DNA of 64,000 nt, from contig JBBRLQ010000020.1 of the NCBI GenBank assembly GCA_038231275.1, forward strand, positions 1 to 64,000. The letters are read 5' to 3'. The stretch comes from Polyangiales bacterium (lineage in GTDB: Bacteria > Myxococcota_A > Polyangia > Polyangiales > Polyangiaceae). Below, in pieces: positions 9,902 through 22,445 of the stretch. The notes under the pieces were generated by a model. That model was not told where the DNA came from. It made no database searches and was given only the letters and a program-made list of their open reading frames with translations. Each line of letters opens with the position of its first letter. Position 1 is the stretch's first letter. The position numbers and the translations under genes were made by a program.

Positions 9902-11362
9902 TCACGGGGCGGCGAGCATGAACTGCTCGACCCTTCCGTCGAGGCTGCGGTACATCGACGCCGAGAGCGGCGGGCCGGCGGCGAACGTGATCTTCACGGC
10001 GGACGCCTCGATGCCGCCGCGCATTCCCTGCCGTTCGATGTCGACGCTCTTGGGTGCGCCGCGCGGGGCCAGGCGCGTCGCGGCGCTCTTCAGCATCTCG
10101 TCGGTGAGAAACGCGCTCCACTCGTCGGCGAGCTTCGCGCGATCCACGTGCCCCGACTGCATCGCCGCGAACATCTCGCGCGCGCTCTCCTTTGCGGGCG
10201 GCCCGTCGACCTTGGGCGGCGGCGGGCGATGCTCCTTCAGGAGCACGTTGGCGATCGCGTCGGCGACCTTGGACGGCGAGCCGCCTTCGGAGTTGGAGAG
10301 GACCACGATGGCCGAACGCGTGCGCGGGACGATGACGTTCTCGGCCAAAAAGCCGCTCACCGCGCCGCCGTGAGAGAAGACCAGCTCGCCGGCTCGCGTG
10401 CCGACGTTGAGGCCGCATCCGTAGCCCGTCGAGCGTCCCGTCGTGAGCGTGCGCGCAGTCGTCATCGCGCGGTACGACGCGGCCGACAGCACCTCGCCGC
10501 CGGTGAGCGCGACGTCCCACTTCGCGAGATCGGTGGCCGACGCGTACATCGCCCCCGCGGCCCACAGCCAATGCGACGGCTCTCGTGGAACCGCGATCGG
10601 CTCTTCGAACGCGAACGCGCGGTGTCCCGTCGCGAGGTTCTTCGGATCGTCCTTCGGCTCGAACGAGGCGTGCTTCATGCCGGCGCGCTTCCAGATCCCG
10701 TCGTCGAGGATCGTCGCGAACGGCTTGCCGCTCGCCTTCTCCATCACGCGGCCGAGGAGGACGTACGCCGTATTGCTGTACGAGTATCGTGCGCCCGGCT
10801 CGAAATCGAGCTTGGTCGTGTATCGCCGGAGGAGCGCGTCGGGCTCGATGGCCTGCATCATCCGGCGATCGTAGAAATCGAGGGGGTAATAGTCGGTGTA
10901 GCCCGAGACGTGGGCGCCGAGATCGTCGAGCGTGACGTCCCCCGCGCGCGCCAGGTCGGGGAAATACTTCGAGACCTTGTCGGTCATCTTCAGCTTGCCC
11001 TCCTGTTCGAGGAGGTAGGCGCCGGCGCAGGTGAACTGCTTCGTGACGGATCCGATCGCGAAGGCCGTGTCGGTCGATACGGGCTCGCCGGCGATTTTGG
11101 CGGTGGTGCCGTAGGCCTTCGCGAAGACGACGGCGCCGTCGCGCGCGATGGCGACGGAGAGGCCGACATACCCTGGCGTCTTCACGACGGCCGCGACGTA
11201 GCGGTCGATCTCGACCGTGTCGAAGGTCTCCGGGGCCTTGGGCGGCGGATTTTCGGGCGACGTCGCGGTCCGCGCCGCCTGCCGTGTCGCCAACATGAAG
11301 GGGAGCAGGGCGGTCGCGGTGGCCAGCGCCACGACGACGCTCTTGATCGGGCTGTCGGACAT
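9902..11362 (-). CDS. Serine hydrolase, beta-lactamase/AmpC-like family, exported
   Basis: SxxK (GSVTK), YSN and HGG motifs; N-terminal signal. Confidence 0.88.
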   Translation of the reverse strand: MSDSPIKSVVVALATATALLPFMLATRQAARTATSPENPPPKAPETFDTVEIDRYVAAVVKTPGYVGLSVAIARDGAVVFAKAYGTTAKIAGEPVSTDTAFAIGSVTKQFTCAGAYLLEQEGKLKMTDKVSKYFPDLARAGDVTLDDLGAHVSGYTDYYPLDFYDRRMMQAIEPDALLRRYTTKLDFEPGARYSYSNTAYVLLGRVMEKASGKPFATILDDGIWKRAGMKHASFEPKDDPKNLATGHRAFAFEEPIAVPREPSHWLWAAGAMYASATDLAKWDVALTGGEVLSAASYRAMTTARTLTTGRSTGYGCGLNVGTRAGELVFSHGGAVSGFLAENVIVPRTRSAIVVLSNSEGGSPSKVADAIANVLLKEHRPPPPKVDGPPAKESAREMFAAMQSGHVDRAKLADEWSAFLTDEMLKSAATRLAPRGAPKSVDIERQGMRGGIEASAVKITFAAGPPLSASMYRSLDGRVEQFMLAAP

Positions 11363-11436
11363 CCCCAGGGGATACCATCCCCACCATCCCCCGGCGCGCG
11401 CAACGAAGCGCGAGCGTGCGGCATCGGAACGCCTCG

Positions 11437-12321
11437 ATGGACCCGACGTTCGCCCCGCGCCCCCTCGGCAAGACTGGCCGCCTCGTTTCTCCGCTGGGCC
11501 TCGGCTCCAGCTACGGCCTCCCGGCGCGCGACGTCGAGCGCGCCTTCGACCGCGGCGTGAGGTTCTTCCTCTGGGGCTCGCGCCGACGCGCCGCCTTCGG
11601 CGAGGGGCTGCGCAGCGTCGCGCGCACGAACCGCGAAGACATGGTCATCGCCATCCAGACGTACACGCGCATGGGCATGCTCATGCCGTGGTCGGTCGAT
11701 CGCGCGCTCAGAGAGCTACGCACCGACTACGTCGACGTCCTCGGCCTCGCCTGGTGGAACGGACCGCCGCCGCGCCGCATCGTCGACGCCGCGCTCCGCC
11801 TCCGCGAGCAAGGCAAGGCCCGTCACATCATGATCTCGGGCCACGACCGTCCGGCGTTCACGCGCTTCATCGACGATCCGGCGATCGATCTCCTCATGCT
11901 CCGCTACAACGCCGCGCACCCCGGCGCCGAGCGCGAGATCTTCCCGAGCTTGCCGAGCGAGCGCGCGGAGAGGCAAGGCACGATCGCCTTCACCGCGACG
12001 CGATGGGGCACGCTCCTCGATCGCCGCTTCGTTCCCGAGGCCGAGGCGCTTCCGCGCGCCGCCGATTGCTACCGCTTCGCGATGACGAACCCGAACGTCG
12101 ACGTGTGCCTCTCGGGCGCCAAGAACGCCGCCGAGCTCGACGAGGCGCTCGACGCCGTCGACGAGGGGCCGATGGACGCGGCCGAGCTCGCGTGGATGCG
12201 CAGGGTCGGCGCAGCGGTGCGCGCATCGACCGTGAAAAAGGGGCAAATCTCGGCGTTGACGCTGATCGACCGCCTCGCCTCATTCTCCCCGTGCGCGCCG
12301 AAGCAGCTCTCGTCGGGCTGA
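11437..12321 (+). CDS. Aldo/keto reductase family protein
   Basis: LGKTGRLVSPLGLG, LRELRTDYVDVL, QGKARHIMISGH, GAKNAAELDE. Confidence 0.8.
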   Translation: MDPTFAPRPLGKTGRLVSPLGLGSSYGLPARDVERAFDRGVRFFLWGSRRRAAFGEGLRSVARTNREDMVIAIQTYTRMGMLMPWSVDRALRELRTDYVDVLGLAWWNGPPPRRIVDAALRLREQGKARHIMISGHDRPAFTRFIDDPAIDLLMLRYNAAHPGAEREIFPSLPSERAERQGTIAFTATRWGTLLDRRFVPEAEALPRAADCYRFAMTNPNVDVCLSGAKNAAELDEALDAVDEGPMDAAELAWMRRVGAAVRASTVKKGQISALTLIDRLASFSPCAPKQLSSG

Positions 12322-12350
12322 GTGGCGTGGAGCGAAGCGAAGCGCTCCTG
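12320..12350. repeat. REP-like palindromic intergenic repeat (copy 2, inverted)
   Basis: Reverse complement CAGGAGCGCTTCGCTTCGCTCCACGCCACTC matches the element at 27-66; hairpin GGAGCG-N8-CGCTCC. Confidence 0.55.
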
Positions 12351-12418
12351 ACCCGCCCGTCTCTCGACGCCTGCCGGTGAGGTAGGTAGAGTGCCGCCCC
12401 AAAGGGAGCACCGGCGAC

Positions 12419-15166
<2,748 letters not shown>

Positions 15167-16102
15167 CTACTTGCAGCAGCGAAAGCCGACACGTCGACTG
15201 GTGAACTTGCGCTGCTCCTGTGGGCCGACCTCGTTGCAGTGCAGGCTCTTGTCTGCCGGCGCCGCGCTGAAGTCTCCGCCGCGGACCTTGCAGTTCTGGC
15301 CGTCGGCGCTTGAGCCCGCGGTGTCGCACGCGTCCTGCCACTCCGAGACGTTGCCGCTCATGTCGAAGAGGCCCGGCGCGGTGCCCTGGCAGCCGAGGTG
15401 GCTCTTCACGTCGGCCGACGCGGCCGCGCTCTCGACGCACTGCCCGGGCGCGTACGTCGCGCCGTAGGGGTAGGTGCGTTTGGAGTCGCCCCCCGAGCAC
15501 GCCGAGAACCACTGGTCCTTGGTGGGATCGTTCAGGTCGCCCGGGACCGCCAGTCCGCCGCTGCCGACCTTGCCGCAGAGGCGCTTGCCGGCCATTTCGC
15601 AGTACGCCTTCGCGTCACACCAGTCGACGCACACCACCGGCTTGTTCGCGCCCGTGAAGTCGTAGCCCTGGCACTCGCCGGTGCCGTTCTGCGTGGGATC
15701 GAAGTTGGTGTTCCAAAGGCACGGATCGGCTTGCTTGAGCCCGCCGGCCGCGGTGATGAACAGCGCGTAGTCCGCCTCGGTCACCTCCGTCGAGTCGATG
15801 CAGAAGACAGGACCGGTGCCGACAGCCGCAACCATCGGAGGGTCACCGAACGTGCCCTGGTTGCACGAGAAAGAGTTGCCGCCCTCGGGCGCGTCCGGAA
15901 GCGCGTCGCCGCCGTAGCCGGGCCCGTCGCCGCTGGCCCCGTCGGACGCACCGGGGCCGCCGTCCACCTGCGCGTCGACGGTGGCGAGCGCGCCGCCGTC
16001 CGTGGCACCAGACACGTAGGTGCCCGAGAGCCCCGCGACGAGGCTGCAGCCCGCGGCACCCAAGAGAGTCGCGGCGATCGCGAAGAGCGCACTCCGCCTC
16101 AT
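15167..16102 (-). CDS. Formylglycine-generating-enzyme (SUMF1/EgtB/PvdO) fold lipoprotein
   Basis: Lipobox AAGC; FCIDSTEVT, PVVCVDWCDAKAYC, DMSGNVSEW, RGG, GFRCC. Confidence 0.85.
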   Translation of the reverse strand: MRRSALFAIAATLLGAAGCSLVAGLSGTYVSGATDGGALATVDAQVDGGPGASDGASGDGPGYGGDALPDAPEGGNSFSCNQGTFGDPPMVAAVGTGPVFCIDSTEVTEADYALFITAAGGLKQADPCLWNTNFDPTQNGTGECQGYDFTGANKPVVCVDWCDAKAYCEMAGKRLCGKVGSGGLAVPGDLNDPTKDQWFSACSGGDSKRTYPYGATYAPGQCVESAAASADVKSHLGCQGTAPGLFDMSGNVSEWQDACDTAGSSADGQNCKVRGGDFSAAPADKSLHCNEVGPQEQRKFTSRRVGFRCCK

Positions 16103-16136
16103 ACGCGAAAGCGTAGCACCGCCCGCGGCGGATGAT

Positions 16137-17420
16137 TCAGCCGAGGCTTCCCATGGCCTCGTCGGAGGCGGCGATCGTCGCGTCGATGTCGGCGTCGGTG
16201 TGGGCACCTGAGATGAAGGCCGCCTCGAACTGCGACGGCGGCCAGTATTGCTTTCGCTCGATGATGCCGCGATGCCAGGCGGCGAAGCGCTTGGTGTCGC
16301 ACGCGCTCGCCTCGGTGAAGTTACGGATGGGGCCCTTGCCGAAAAAGAGCGTGATCATCGAGCCGACGCGCTGCACGCAGCCTTCGATCTTTCGCTTGGC
16401 GAGCGACGCCGTGAGGCCGGCTTCGAGGCGCGCGCCGAGCGACTCGAGCTTCGCGTAGAGGGCGTCGTCGAGGCGCTCGATCGTCGCGAGCGCAGCGCTG
16501 ACGCACACCGGGTTCCCGCTGAGCGTGCCCGCCTGGTAGACCGGCCCGAGCGGCGCCACCTTCTCCATGATCGCGCGCGCGCCGCCGTACACGGCGAGCG
16601 GCATTCCGCCGCCGATGATCTTGCCGAGGCACGTCATCTGCGGCTTCAGGCCGGCGCGGGCCTGGTATCCGCCGCGCGCGACGCGCGAGCCAGTCATGAC
16701 CTCGTCGAAGACGGACACGGCGCCGTGCTTGGCGCAGCCGGAGATGATCTCCTCGAGGAAACCGGGGACCGGCGGGACGACGCCCATGTTGCCGACGACC
16801 GGCTCGACGATGATCGCCGCCACCCGGTGACCGCGCGAGCTGAAGAGCTCCTTCAGCGCGGGGATGTCGTTGTAAGGCAGCGTCGTCGTGTTGCCGGCGG
16901 CGCCGTTGGGGACGCCGGCCGAGTCGGGGACGCCGAGGGTCATCGCGCCGCTGCCCGCCTTCACGAGGAGGAAATCCGCGTGGCCGTGGTAGCAGCCCTC
17001 GAACTTGACGATGACGTCACGCCCCGTGAAGCCACGCGCCGCGCGGAGGGCCGCCATCGTGGCCTCGGTGCCGCTCGACACCGCGCGCATCATCTCGATC
17101 GTCGGGTAGAGCTTGTTGACCGTCTCGGCGAAGCGCACCTCGAGCTCGGTGGGCGCGCCGTAGCTGGTGCCGCGCGCCGCCGCCTCGCCGATCGCGCCGA
17201 TGACGGCGGGGTGCGCGTGGCCGAGGATCATCGGGCCCCACGAGCCTACGTAGTCGGTGTACTTCGCGCCGTCGGCGCCGAAGAGGTACGCCCCCTCGGC
17301 GCGCGACACGAAGATGGGATCGCCGCCCACGGACCGAAACGCGCGCACCGGGCTGTTCACGCCGCCGGGGATGAGGTTCTTCGCGCGCTCGAAGAGGCCC
17401 TTGGAAATGGGATCGCTCAT
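16137..17420 (-). CDS. hemL: Glutamate-1-semialdehyde 2,1-aminomutase
   Basis: PGGVNSPVRAF, SWGPMILGH, SGTEATM, FEGCYHGH, FDEVMTG, GKIIGGG, YQAGTLSGNP. Confidence 0.97.
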   Translation of the reverse strand: MSDPISKGLFERAKNLIPGGVNSPVRAFRSVGGDPIFVSRAEGAYLFGADGAKYTDYVGSWGPMILGHAHPAVIGAIGEAAARGTSYGAPTELEVRFAETVNKLYPTIEMMRAVSSGTEATMAALRAARGFTGRDVIVKFEGCYHGHADFLLVKAGSGAMTLGVPDSAGVPNGAAGNTTTLPYNDIPALKELFSSRGHRVAAIIVEPVVGNMGVVPPVPGFLEEIISGCAKHGAVSVFDEVMTGSRVARGGYQARAGLKPQMTCLGKIIGGGMPLAVYGGARAIMEKVAPLGPVYQAGTLSGNPVCVSAALATIERLDDALYAKLESLGARLEAGLTASLAKRKIEGCVQRVGSMITLFFGKGPIRNFTEASACDTKRFAAWHRGIIERKQYWPPSQFEAAFISGAHTDADIDATIAASDEAMGSLG

Positions 17421-17465
17421 GGCAGGGCGGAGCGTATCGGAAAACGGCGGGTGGGACGAGAACCC

Positions 17466-19466
17466 TCAGCCCCGCATGCGCGCGATGTAGTACGCGGCGG
17501 CCGCGGCCGTCGTGAGGAAGAAGAGTACGACCAGGGCGACGAGGAACACGAAGCCGATTCCTCGGCCCGGGCGTGTCGTGACCGTGGGCACCGCCGCTTG
17601 CGCGGCCGGGACGAAGATCGGCGCGGGCGGCGGAGCGTGAAAGGGAGCCTGAGCAGGCGCCGGAGCGGGAGCGGCTCCAGGGTTGTTGCCGCCGGACGAT
17701 GGCGCGACGTAGAGCTGCGCGAAGACGTCGAGCGCGCCGCTGCCGATGCGCGTGGGCTTCTCGCCTTCCGAGTCGGGTCCGTTCGGCGCCTCGGGCAGAC
17801 GCGCGGTCTCCGGTGCCGCCGGAAACGCGGGCACGTCCGGCGGAGGCTGGGACGCCGCAAGCGACAGGGTCGGCGGAGCGGCTGGCGGCGCGGCCGACGC
17901 GGAGGGCCGCGGCAACATCACCGTCCCCATGATCACCGATGGCATCGGGCTCGTGACCTCGCGCGAGGGCACGTTCGACGCGCGTGCCGGCGCATACGCC
18001 GGCGCGATCAAGACGAGCGACGCGTCTTCGCCAGGCGACGACGGCGGATCGACGAGGAGGGACGAGGGGTACGCGTTCGCCGATCCGGTGAGCGTGACGG
18101 GACCGCGCCCGAACGCCGGGTTCGATCCGGTGGTGAGCGCAGGAGGCGACAGCTCGAACACGTTCGGCACCGGCGGCGGCGGCGCAGGGACCTTCACCTC
18201 GGTCGCCGGCGGCGTCGGAGGCACCGCAGACTCCATCGGCATCGAGGGCCGCGCGACGCTGTCGACGCGCTGAGGCATGAAGGTCGCTGCGAGCGGCGAC
18301 GCGGCGGCCGCGACATTCCCACGCGCCTCTGGCATTCGCGTGGTCTCCGGCGGCATCTCGACGGCCGGAGGATCGGGCCGCGGCGGCATTGGTCGCACCG
18401 GGATCGGCACCTGCTCGATCGACAACGTGCGCCCTGGCTGCACGCGCACGCCCTGCACCGTGTTGTTCGACGAGATCGGATCGGCGGCCGGGCCCTTCAC
18501 CGGCTCGGCGACCGCAGGGTTGCCGGCCGCCACGTCGCGCTGCATGGCGGCCTTCAGCGAGCCCCAGAACTCGCCGACGTCTTGGATGCGATCCTTCGGG
18601 TTCAGCGCGACCGCCCCGGCGAAGATGATCTCGGTCTCGTCGGGCACCGCGAGCCCCAGCGCACGCGGCGTCGGGCGGACGAGCGGATCGAGCGCGCGCG
18701 ACGCGAAATCGCCGAGGTACTCTCCCTCGATCGCTGCCCGATCGCGCAGGATCTCGAGGACGATCAGCGCGAGCGAATACACGTCGGTCCACGTTCCGAT
18801 CGGACCGAGCTTGTCGTCGAACTGCTCGGGCGCCGCATACTGGGGCGAGAAAATGCGAATCTGCCCGATCGTCTGCGCGCGCGGCCCGAGGGACAGCGCG
18901 TGATCGGAGATGACCTTGGCGACGCCGAAATCGAGCACCTTCAGCTTCGGCCCGAGCGACGTACCGGTCATGAAGAGGTTGCCGGGGTTCATGTCGCGGT
19001 GGACGACCCCTTGCGCGTGCGCGTACGCGAGGCCGTCGACGGCGGAGTCGAGGATCGCGATCGCCTCCTCGAGGCTGCGCCCCTTGTCGCCGTACGCGCG
19101 CCGCACCTCGAGATCGGCGGCGAGCGATCGCCCCTCCAGCCATTCGAGGACCATGTACGGCACGAGCGCCCCCGTCGCCGGCGCCATCGTGGTGCCGGAC
19201 GCGAGCGTGCGCACGATGAAGAGGCTGCCCTGCGAGAGCCGGTAATGGAGGCGCGACTCGTCACGGAAGCGCTTCACGAACGACTCGACGAGCGCCGATC
19301 CCAGCGCGATCGGGAGCTTCAGGCATTTGACGGCGATCGGCTCTTCGAGGCCTACGTGGTACCCCCGGTAGACGACGCTGAAGCCCCCCTCGCCGACGAA
19401 CTTGTCGATGCGGAATTGCCCGTCCAGGACCTGCCCAATGAGGCCGAACGGGTCGGTAGAGCTCAC
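17466..19466 (-). CDS. Hanks-type Ser/Thr protein kinase with Pro-rich tail and C-terminal membrane anchor
   Basis: GEGGFSVVY, IAVK, HRDMNPGN, DFG, APE, DVYSL; hydrophobic C-terminus; GTG start estimated. Confidence 0.85.
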   Translation of the reverse strand: MSSTDPFGLIGQVLDGQFRIDKFVGEGGFSVVYRGYHVGLEEPIAVKCLKLPIALGSALVESFVKRFRDESRLHYRLSQGSLFIVRTLASGTTMAPATGALVPYMVLEWLEGRSLAADLEVRRAYGDKGRSLEEAIAILDSAVDGLAYAHAQGVVHRDMNPGNLFMTGTSLGPKLKVLDFGVAKVISDHALSLGPRAQTIGQIRIFSPQYAAPEQFDDKLGPIGTWTDVYSLALIVLEILRDRAAIEGEYLGDFASRALDPLVRPTPRALGLAVPDETEIIFAGAVALNPKDRIQDVGEFWGSLKAAMQRDVAAGNPAVAEPVKGPAADPISSNNTVQGVRVQPGRTLSIEQVPIPVRPMPPRPDPPAVEMPPETTRMPEARGNVAAAASPLAATFMPQRVDSVARPSMPMESAVPPTPPATEVKVPAPPPPVPNVFELSPPALTTGSNPAFGRGPVTLTGSANAYPSSLLVDPPSSPGEDASLVLIAPAYAPARASNVPSREVTSPMPSVIMGTVMLPRPSASAAPPAAPPTLSLAASQPPPDVPAFPAAPETARLPEAPNGPDSEGEKPTRIGSGALDVFAQLYVAPSSGGNNPGAAPAPAPAQAPFHAPPPAPIFVPAAQAAVPTVTTRPGRGIGFVFLVALVVLFFLTTAAAAAYYIARMRG

Positions 19467-19566
19467 GCACGCACGATACCATCCCGCGGTCCGGTGGACT
19501 CTAAAGTGGCGAAGGTCGGGGTCCCGCGACTTGCCTTCTGCGCGCGGAGACCTAAAAAGGAAGGCC

Positions 19567-19890
19567 ATGGAATCGCCCCGTATCTCGCGCCGGGACGCCG
19601 GCCGCCGCTTCTTCCTCGCCTCAGCCACCCTCCTCGCGCCCGCGTGGCTCGTGGCGTGCGGCAAAAAAGAGCTCACGTGCGTCGACACGATCGGCCTCAC
19701 GCCCGACGAGCAAGCCGCCCGCCTCAACACGCTCGCCTACGTGGACAAGTCGCCCGACCCCGCGAAGACCTGCCTCAAGTGCCAGCAGTACAAGCCCGCG
19801 GCCGAGGGGCAGTGCGGCGCGTGCACGGTCCTCAAGGGCCCGGTGAACCCGGCGGGCAACTGCAAGTCGTTCGCGGTGAAGGTGACCTGA
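19567..19890 (+). CDS. High-potential iron-sulfur protein (HiPIP), Tat-exported lipoprotein
   Basis: RRFFL twin-Arg, lipobox LVAC, LAYVDKS...CLKCQQY...CGACTVLKGPVNPAGNCKSF. Confidence 0.85.
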   Translation: MESPRISRRDAGRRFFLASATLLAPAWLVACGKKELTCVDTIGLTPDEQAARLNTLAYVDKSPDPAKTCLKCQQYKPAAEGQCGACTVLKGPVNPAGNCKSFAVKVT

Positions 19891-19931
19891 CCGGCGGGCG
19901 TTCGACGGGCGGCGGGCGCGACTCGGTGTGA

Positions 19932-21368
19932 TCAGAGGTCCCGCGCGATGGCGCCGAGCGTGCCGATCGCCTTCTCGATCGTGACGGACCACGGGAACCC
20001 GCAGCTGATGCGGACGCAGGTGCCGAAGCGCGCCTTCGCGGAGAAGATGGGGCCTGGTGCGACGCTGATCTTGTGCTCGAGCGCGCGGGTGAAAAGCTCG
20101 AGCGCGCTCTTGCCAGGCGGCATCTCCACCCACAGGAAGAAGCCCCCGCGCGGCCGCGAGATGCGGGTCCCGGTCGGGAACTCGTGCGCGATCGCCTCGC
20201 TCACGCGCGCCACCTGATCGACGAGATTCCGTCGCAGGCGCCGCAGGTGCCGCTCGTAGCCGCCGTTCTCCAGAAAGTCCGCGATCGCCATCTGCGGCAA
20301 CGTCGCGGTGCCGACGGTCTGCGCGAATTTCAAGCGCTCGACGACCTCGCGGTAGCGACCGGGGACGACGTAGCCGACCCGGTATCCAGGGGCGAGGGTC
20401 TTGGAGAACGAGGTGCACAGCATCACGAGGCCGCTCGTGTCGAACGCGCGGGCGGGACGCGGTCGCGCTCCTTCGAAATGGAGATCGCCGTAGATGTCGT
20501 CTTCGATGAGAGGGACGCCGCGGCGCACGAGCATCTGAACGAGCTCGCGCTTGGCGTCGTCGGGGAGGAGCGCGCCGAGTGGGTTCGAGAAATTCGGCAC
20601 CAAGAGGCACGCCTTCACGCGGTGCTGGCGGAGCGCGGCGTCGAGGAGCGCCAGATCGATCCCGGTCCCGGGATTCGCCGGGATCTCGAGCGCGCGCATG
20701 CCGAGGCTCTCGATGAGCTGGAGCACGCCGTAGTAGGCCGGCGACTCGACGACGATCGTGTCTCCCGACTTCGCGACGGCGCGAAGACACAGATGAAGGG
20801 CCTCCATGGTGCCGAAGGTGGTGACCACCTCGTCGGCGGAGATCGCCACGCCGGTGTCGGCGGCGCGTCGTGCGATCTGGCGGCGGAGCGCGGGGAGGCC
20901 CGGCGGCGTGTCGTACGCAATGCCCGCCCCTCCTGCCGTGCGTGCGACGGCGGCGAGGCCACGGTTCAGGCGCTCGGTCGGCAGGAGCGACGGGCTCATG
21001 AACCCGGCGCCGAGGAGCACCATGCTCGGATCGCGCGACGCGCCGTACACGCGGGCGACGAGGTCGCTTACCGTCGGGCGCGCGGCCTGCTGCGATCCTC
21101 GCGGCGCGCGCGGCTCGGGGGCCAGCGACGCGCGGCTGGCGCGAACGTAGTGCCCAGACTGCGGGCGCGTCTCCACGACGCCGCGGCTTTCGAGCAAGAG
21201 GTACGCTTGGAGCACAGTGGAGACGCTGACCCCGCGCTGATCGCTGAGCGCCCGCACGGATGGCATGCGATCGCCCGGGCGCAGCGTCCCCCTCGCGACG
21301 AGGGAGGTCAGGTCCTGGGCGAGGACCTCGTAGAGGTGCTCCTGCGGTGACGACGACGCGGCGGTCAT
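19932..21368 (-). CDS. MocR/GabR-type GntR regulator (HTH + PLP aminotransferase-like domain)
   Basis: LYEVLA...PSVRALS...SVSTVLQAY; PNFSNPLG, EDDIY, SFSKTLAPGYRVG. Confidence 0.93.
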   Translation of the reverse strand: MTAASSSPQEHLYEVLAQDLTSLVARGTLRPGDRMPSVRALSDQRGVSVSTVLQAYLLLESRGVVETRPQSGHYVRASRASLAPEPRAPRGSQQAARPTVSDLVARVYGASRDPSMVLLGAGFMSPSLLPTERLNRGLAAVARTAGGAGIAYDTPPGLPALRRQIARRAADTGVAISADEVVTTFGTMEALHLCLRAVAKSGDTIVVESPAYYGVLQLIESLGMRALEIPANPGTGIDLALLDAALRQHRVKACLLVPNFSNPLGALLPDDAKRELVQMLVRRGVPLIEDDIYGDLHFEGARPRPARAFDTSGLVMLCTSFSKTLAPGYRVGYVVPGRYREVVERLKFAQTVGTATLPQMAIADFLENGGYERHLRRLRRNLVDQVARVSEAIAHEFPTGTRISRPRGGFFLWVEMPPGKSALELFTRALEHKISVAPGPIFSAKARFGTCVRISCGFPWSVTIEKAIGTLGAIARDL

Positions 21369-21380
21369 TACGAATGCTCC

Positions 21381-21444
21381 GTACCGGTACAGTGAAGAAC
21401 GCGCCCCATCTGTGCTGGTATCAGATCACTTTGACTGAATCTGT
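21381..21444. promoter_or_regulatory. Candidate MocR operator in the divergent intergenic region
   Basis: Perfect palindrome GTACCGGTAC (21381-21390) and direct repeats ATCTGT at 21408 and 21439. Confidence 0.55.
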
Positions 21445-21476
21445 TCTGTCTCGCAAGCCGGCCGCACGATGAGGTC

Positions 21477-22430
21477 ATGGTCGCAGCGCCCGTCCTTCCC
21501 CGCCGCGCGCTCCTCATCGCCTCGTTCGTGACGGTGTGCCTCGTCTGGGGCTCGACGTACTACGGCATCCGCGTCGCGCTGGAGGGGTTTCCGCCATTCC
21601 TCATCGGCGCGATCCGCTTCCTCGGCGCGGGCGGCGTGCTTCTGCTCGTCGCGCGCGCGCGTGGAGAAGCGCTGCCGAGCCGGCGCGAATGGGGCGCGGC
21701 GCTGGTGAGCGGGACGCTGTTCTTCGCGCTCGGAAATGGCCTCGTCAACTTGGCGGAGCAGTCGGTGTCATCGGGGCTGGCCTCGGTGCTCGTCGCGACG
21801 ATGCCGCTGTGGGCCACGGTGTGGGCGCGGCTCTTCGGCGATCGCGCGTCGGTTGGCGAAGTGCTCGGCGTCGCGCTGGGGCTGGTCGGCGTGTGCATCC
21901 TCGAGCTCGGGGGAGAGCTGCGCGCGAGCCCGGCCTCTGCCCTCCTCTTGATCCTCGCGCCGATGTGCTGGGCGCTCGGCTCGCTCGTGAGCAAGCGCCT
22001 CCCCACGCCCCCCGGCACGTTCGCGCGAACGGGGGCGCAGATGACCACCGGCGGAACCGTCATGCTCCTCGTCAGCTCCCTCGCGGGCGAACGCCTCCAC
22101 GCCGTCCCGTCGCTCGGCTCCGTCCTCGCTGTCGCGTACCTCTGCGTCTTCGGATCGCTCGTCGGCTTCACGGCCTTCTCGTACCTGCTGACGAACACAC
22201 GTCCGGCGGTCGCGACGAGCTACGCCTACGTCAACCCCGTCATCGCTGTCGCGCTCGGGGTCGTCTTGGGCGGCGAGCGCTTTGGCGTCGCCAGCGCGGT
22301 GGGGGCGCTCGTCGTCCTCGGCGCGGTCGGCATCGTCGCCCGCGCGCGCTCGTCCGGGCCGCGTCCGACGCAGATCGCCCAGGCCTCCGCCGATCGCCCC
22401 AACGCCGGCCCGCACGCCGCGCGCGTCTGA
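21477..22430 (+). CDS. EamA/DMT family transporter (YedA-like)
   Basis: VWGSTY, PPFL...RF, ATMPLW, FGSLVGFTAF, SYAYVNPVIAV; about 10 TM segments. Confidence 0.92.
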   Translation: MVAAPVLPRRALLIASFVTVCLVWGSTYYGIRVALEGFPPFLIGAIRFLGAGGVLLLVARARGEALPSRREWGAALVSGTLFFALGNGLVNLAEQSVSSGLASVLVATMPLWATVWARLFGDRASVGEVLGVALGLVGVCILELGGELRASPASALLLILAPMCWALGSLVSKRLPTPPGTFARTGAQMTTGGTVMLLVSSLAGERLHAVPSLGSVLAVAYLCVFGSLVGFTAFSYLLTNTRPAVATSYAYVNPVIAVALGVVLGGERFGVASAVGALVVLGAVGIVARARSSGPRPTQIAQASADRPNAGPHAARV

Positions 22431-22445
22431 ACTACGATACCTGCC

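Noticed and set aside
9902..11362. Antibiotic-resistance beta-lactamase call (also 55835-57079)
   Set aside because: The motifs only place these in the broad serine hydrolase family; substrate cannot be inferred
8838..11471. 877-aa ORF as one protein (likewise 32114-34648, 50691-53234, 6284-8836, 37864-39447)
   Set aside because: Only the 3' part is protein-like; the 5' extensions overlap other real genes, so the starts were moved
16248..19931. 1227-aa plus-strand ORF
   Set aside because: Antisense shadow of hemL and the kinase; Arg-rich, motif-free, typical of high-GC DNA
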